Below are positions 62,729-64,000 of a stretch of DNA of 64,000 nucleotides, piece by piece. Position numbers and translations under genes: made by a program. Source of the DNA: Candidatus Latescibacterota bacterium (GTDB lineage Bacteria > Latescibacterota > UBA2968 > SICM01); NCBI GenBank assembly GCA_965217865.1, contig CBDCJO010000002.1:512001-576000 (forward strand). Reading direction: 5' to 3'. Numbering within the stretch: position 1 is the first letter of the stretch; every line of letters starts with the position of its first letter. The notes beneath the pieces are model-generated. The model was given only the letters and a program-made list of their open reading frames with translations, was not told where the DNA came from and made no database searches.

Positions 62729-62790
62729 AGCCTGCAAGGGCGGAGGAGGGCCGCCGGAGCCTGCAAGGGCGGAGGAGGGCCGCCGGAGCC
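62729..62790. repeat. 29 bp tandem duplication in a REP-like cluster
   Basis: AGCCTGCAAGGGCGGAGGAGGGCCGCCGG twice; TGCCCTCCGTAGC and GGCCGCCGGAGCCA recur near 62858 and 62915. Confidence 0.85.
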
Positions 62791-63232
62791 AAGGCAAGTA
62801 GACAAGGGGCCAGACGGAAGTCTGAGCCCCATTTTCGCTTGGAAGAAAGCGCGGGACTGCCCTCCGTAGCTGCCTGACATCCCGCAGCCTTGGCGTAGGA
62901 TGTAAGCGGAGGACGGCCGCCGGAGCCAGACTGTTGCTCTCACTGAAACTCTGGCCAGAGTCGGGGGTTTCAGTTGAGGTTTCATACAGAGCCAGCTTTA
63001 CCTCAGTAGGCCCCAGATAATTTCGTTGATATGCAGTTTCATCAATTCTTTTCGTTCCTCTGGCCTGGCTGGTGAGTAAAGCTTCGGAAAAAGTCGATGC
63101 AGGGGAAGCTTGTTGTAGATGTGGATGTGAGGGTTAATTTGAAGGAGGGTAGTGGGGCATGAAAGTGTTGGTGCAATTGTTGATGCTCCAGAGCTTCGAC
63201 TGTTGGTGCTCAAAGGGAACGAATAACCACCA

Positions 63233-64000
63233 TTAGGCGTTCTCTGAATAATATTGTAATAAAGAGTTGTTTGTCTTGGAAACATCTAATGGGTTTGGTC
63301 GCGTCAAGTCCGAAACAAACCGCACATCACTTACCCCATCAGGCAAGTCACGAGAGACTTTGGGGATGTCTCGAATGTCATAGAAAGCAAGAGAATTTCT
63401 TGCTAGACTATCATCAAAAGACCGTTCCCGTGCACGCTCCCAATCTGATCCAAGCACTTCCATGCAGATTTGATCTACTTTCAGTCTAAGATCTGCGTCG
63501 GCCACGGCAAATGACTTCCCTTTATCCCACAGATCGCCAAGAGAAATAGCCCCCACACACTCTTCGACAAAAAGAGATGCTACATAGACAGAAAGCTCAT
63601 CAGGTGGATACGCTTGATGATAGGTGAAATGGTGGGTTCTGGTTCTGCTCCCGGAACTCTTCACCTCAAACCGGTCAATACCTGAACTGAAGTCAAACCG
63701 CTCGCCCGGCTCGGCATGCCAGGCCCTGAGTAACGGCATAGGCTCACTTGAGGTCACAATTAAAAATAATTCTGCCCACAGCCCTTGAATTGGCCTCGAC
63801 TGCGGCCGCCTTAAAGCTAAGAATAACGTGGCTAGTCGATCAATAACTGTTGAGACGTCATCAGCGTTTGCTGGTGAAGGAATCAATTGAACTGCCGACT
63901 CCATTATTCTAAGGAAATATTTCCTTAGAGAGGCTTGAGAAGAAGAGCACTGGACAATAGAAAATGTTCCTTCAGATAGTGTCCCACCAGGATCTGCAAT
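63233..64000 (-). CDS. DUF4420-like PD-(D/E)XK protein, starts beyond the window
   Basis: IQGLWAELFLI...AWH...FDF...RFEVKSS..R.R.HHF. Confidence 0.8.
   Translation of the reverse strand: MADPGGTLSEGTFSIVQCSSSQASLRKYFLRIMESAVQLIPSPANADDVSTVIDRLATLFLALRRPQSRPIQGLWAELFLIVTSSEPMPLLRAWHAEPGERFDFSSGIDRFEVKSSGSRTRTHHFTYHQAYPPDELSVYVASLFVEECVGAISLGDLWDKGKSFAVADADLRLKVDQICMEVLGSDWERARERSFDDSLARNSLAFYDIRDIPKVSRDLPDGVSDVRFVSDLTRPNPLDVSKTNNSLLQYYSENA

Noticed and set aside
62729-62790. 29 bp repeat as a mini CRISPR
   Set aside because: The two units are directly adjacent with no spacer

Overview
A heavily eroded accessory or defence region with no housekeeping operon, rRNA, intact tRNA or CRISPR array. 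A few genes look intact: an amidohydrolase, a TonB-dependent receptor, a BCCT transporter, a secreted nuclease with a ComEA-type HhH tail, a DUF3644 protein, brxL, a TM-helix/MscS-like protein and hsdM-hsdS. They sit among many short fused gene fragments, mostly from defence systems (cas8g/csx17, cas3, type I/II/III RM, Dam-like MTase, SIR2, HigBA, BREX, nuclease-STAND) and from phage-satellite-like elements. IS elements of the IS3, IS110/IS1111, IS256, IS630, IS1182-like, IS1380 and IS200 families are present, plus two MITE families bounded by CTAG. A minus-strand integron cassette array with three attC sites and no integrase lies at about 14.2-19.0 kb. The most notable signal is an IS1111-type IS110 inserted in one attC. 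Its downstream non-coding region folds into two tandem, similarly built hairpin modules: the first carries guides that match the actual insertion site, and the second has the same CTAAC guide but a different partner guide, making it a candidate multi-target bridge/seek RNA. Also notable are an ECF-sigma remnant fused to a PheRS-alpha-like domain and a repeated ~540 bp hairpin-rich non-coding element with a tRNA-like GGGAGCCA end. All family assignments come from motif recognition by eye, not database searches.
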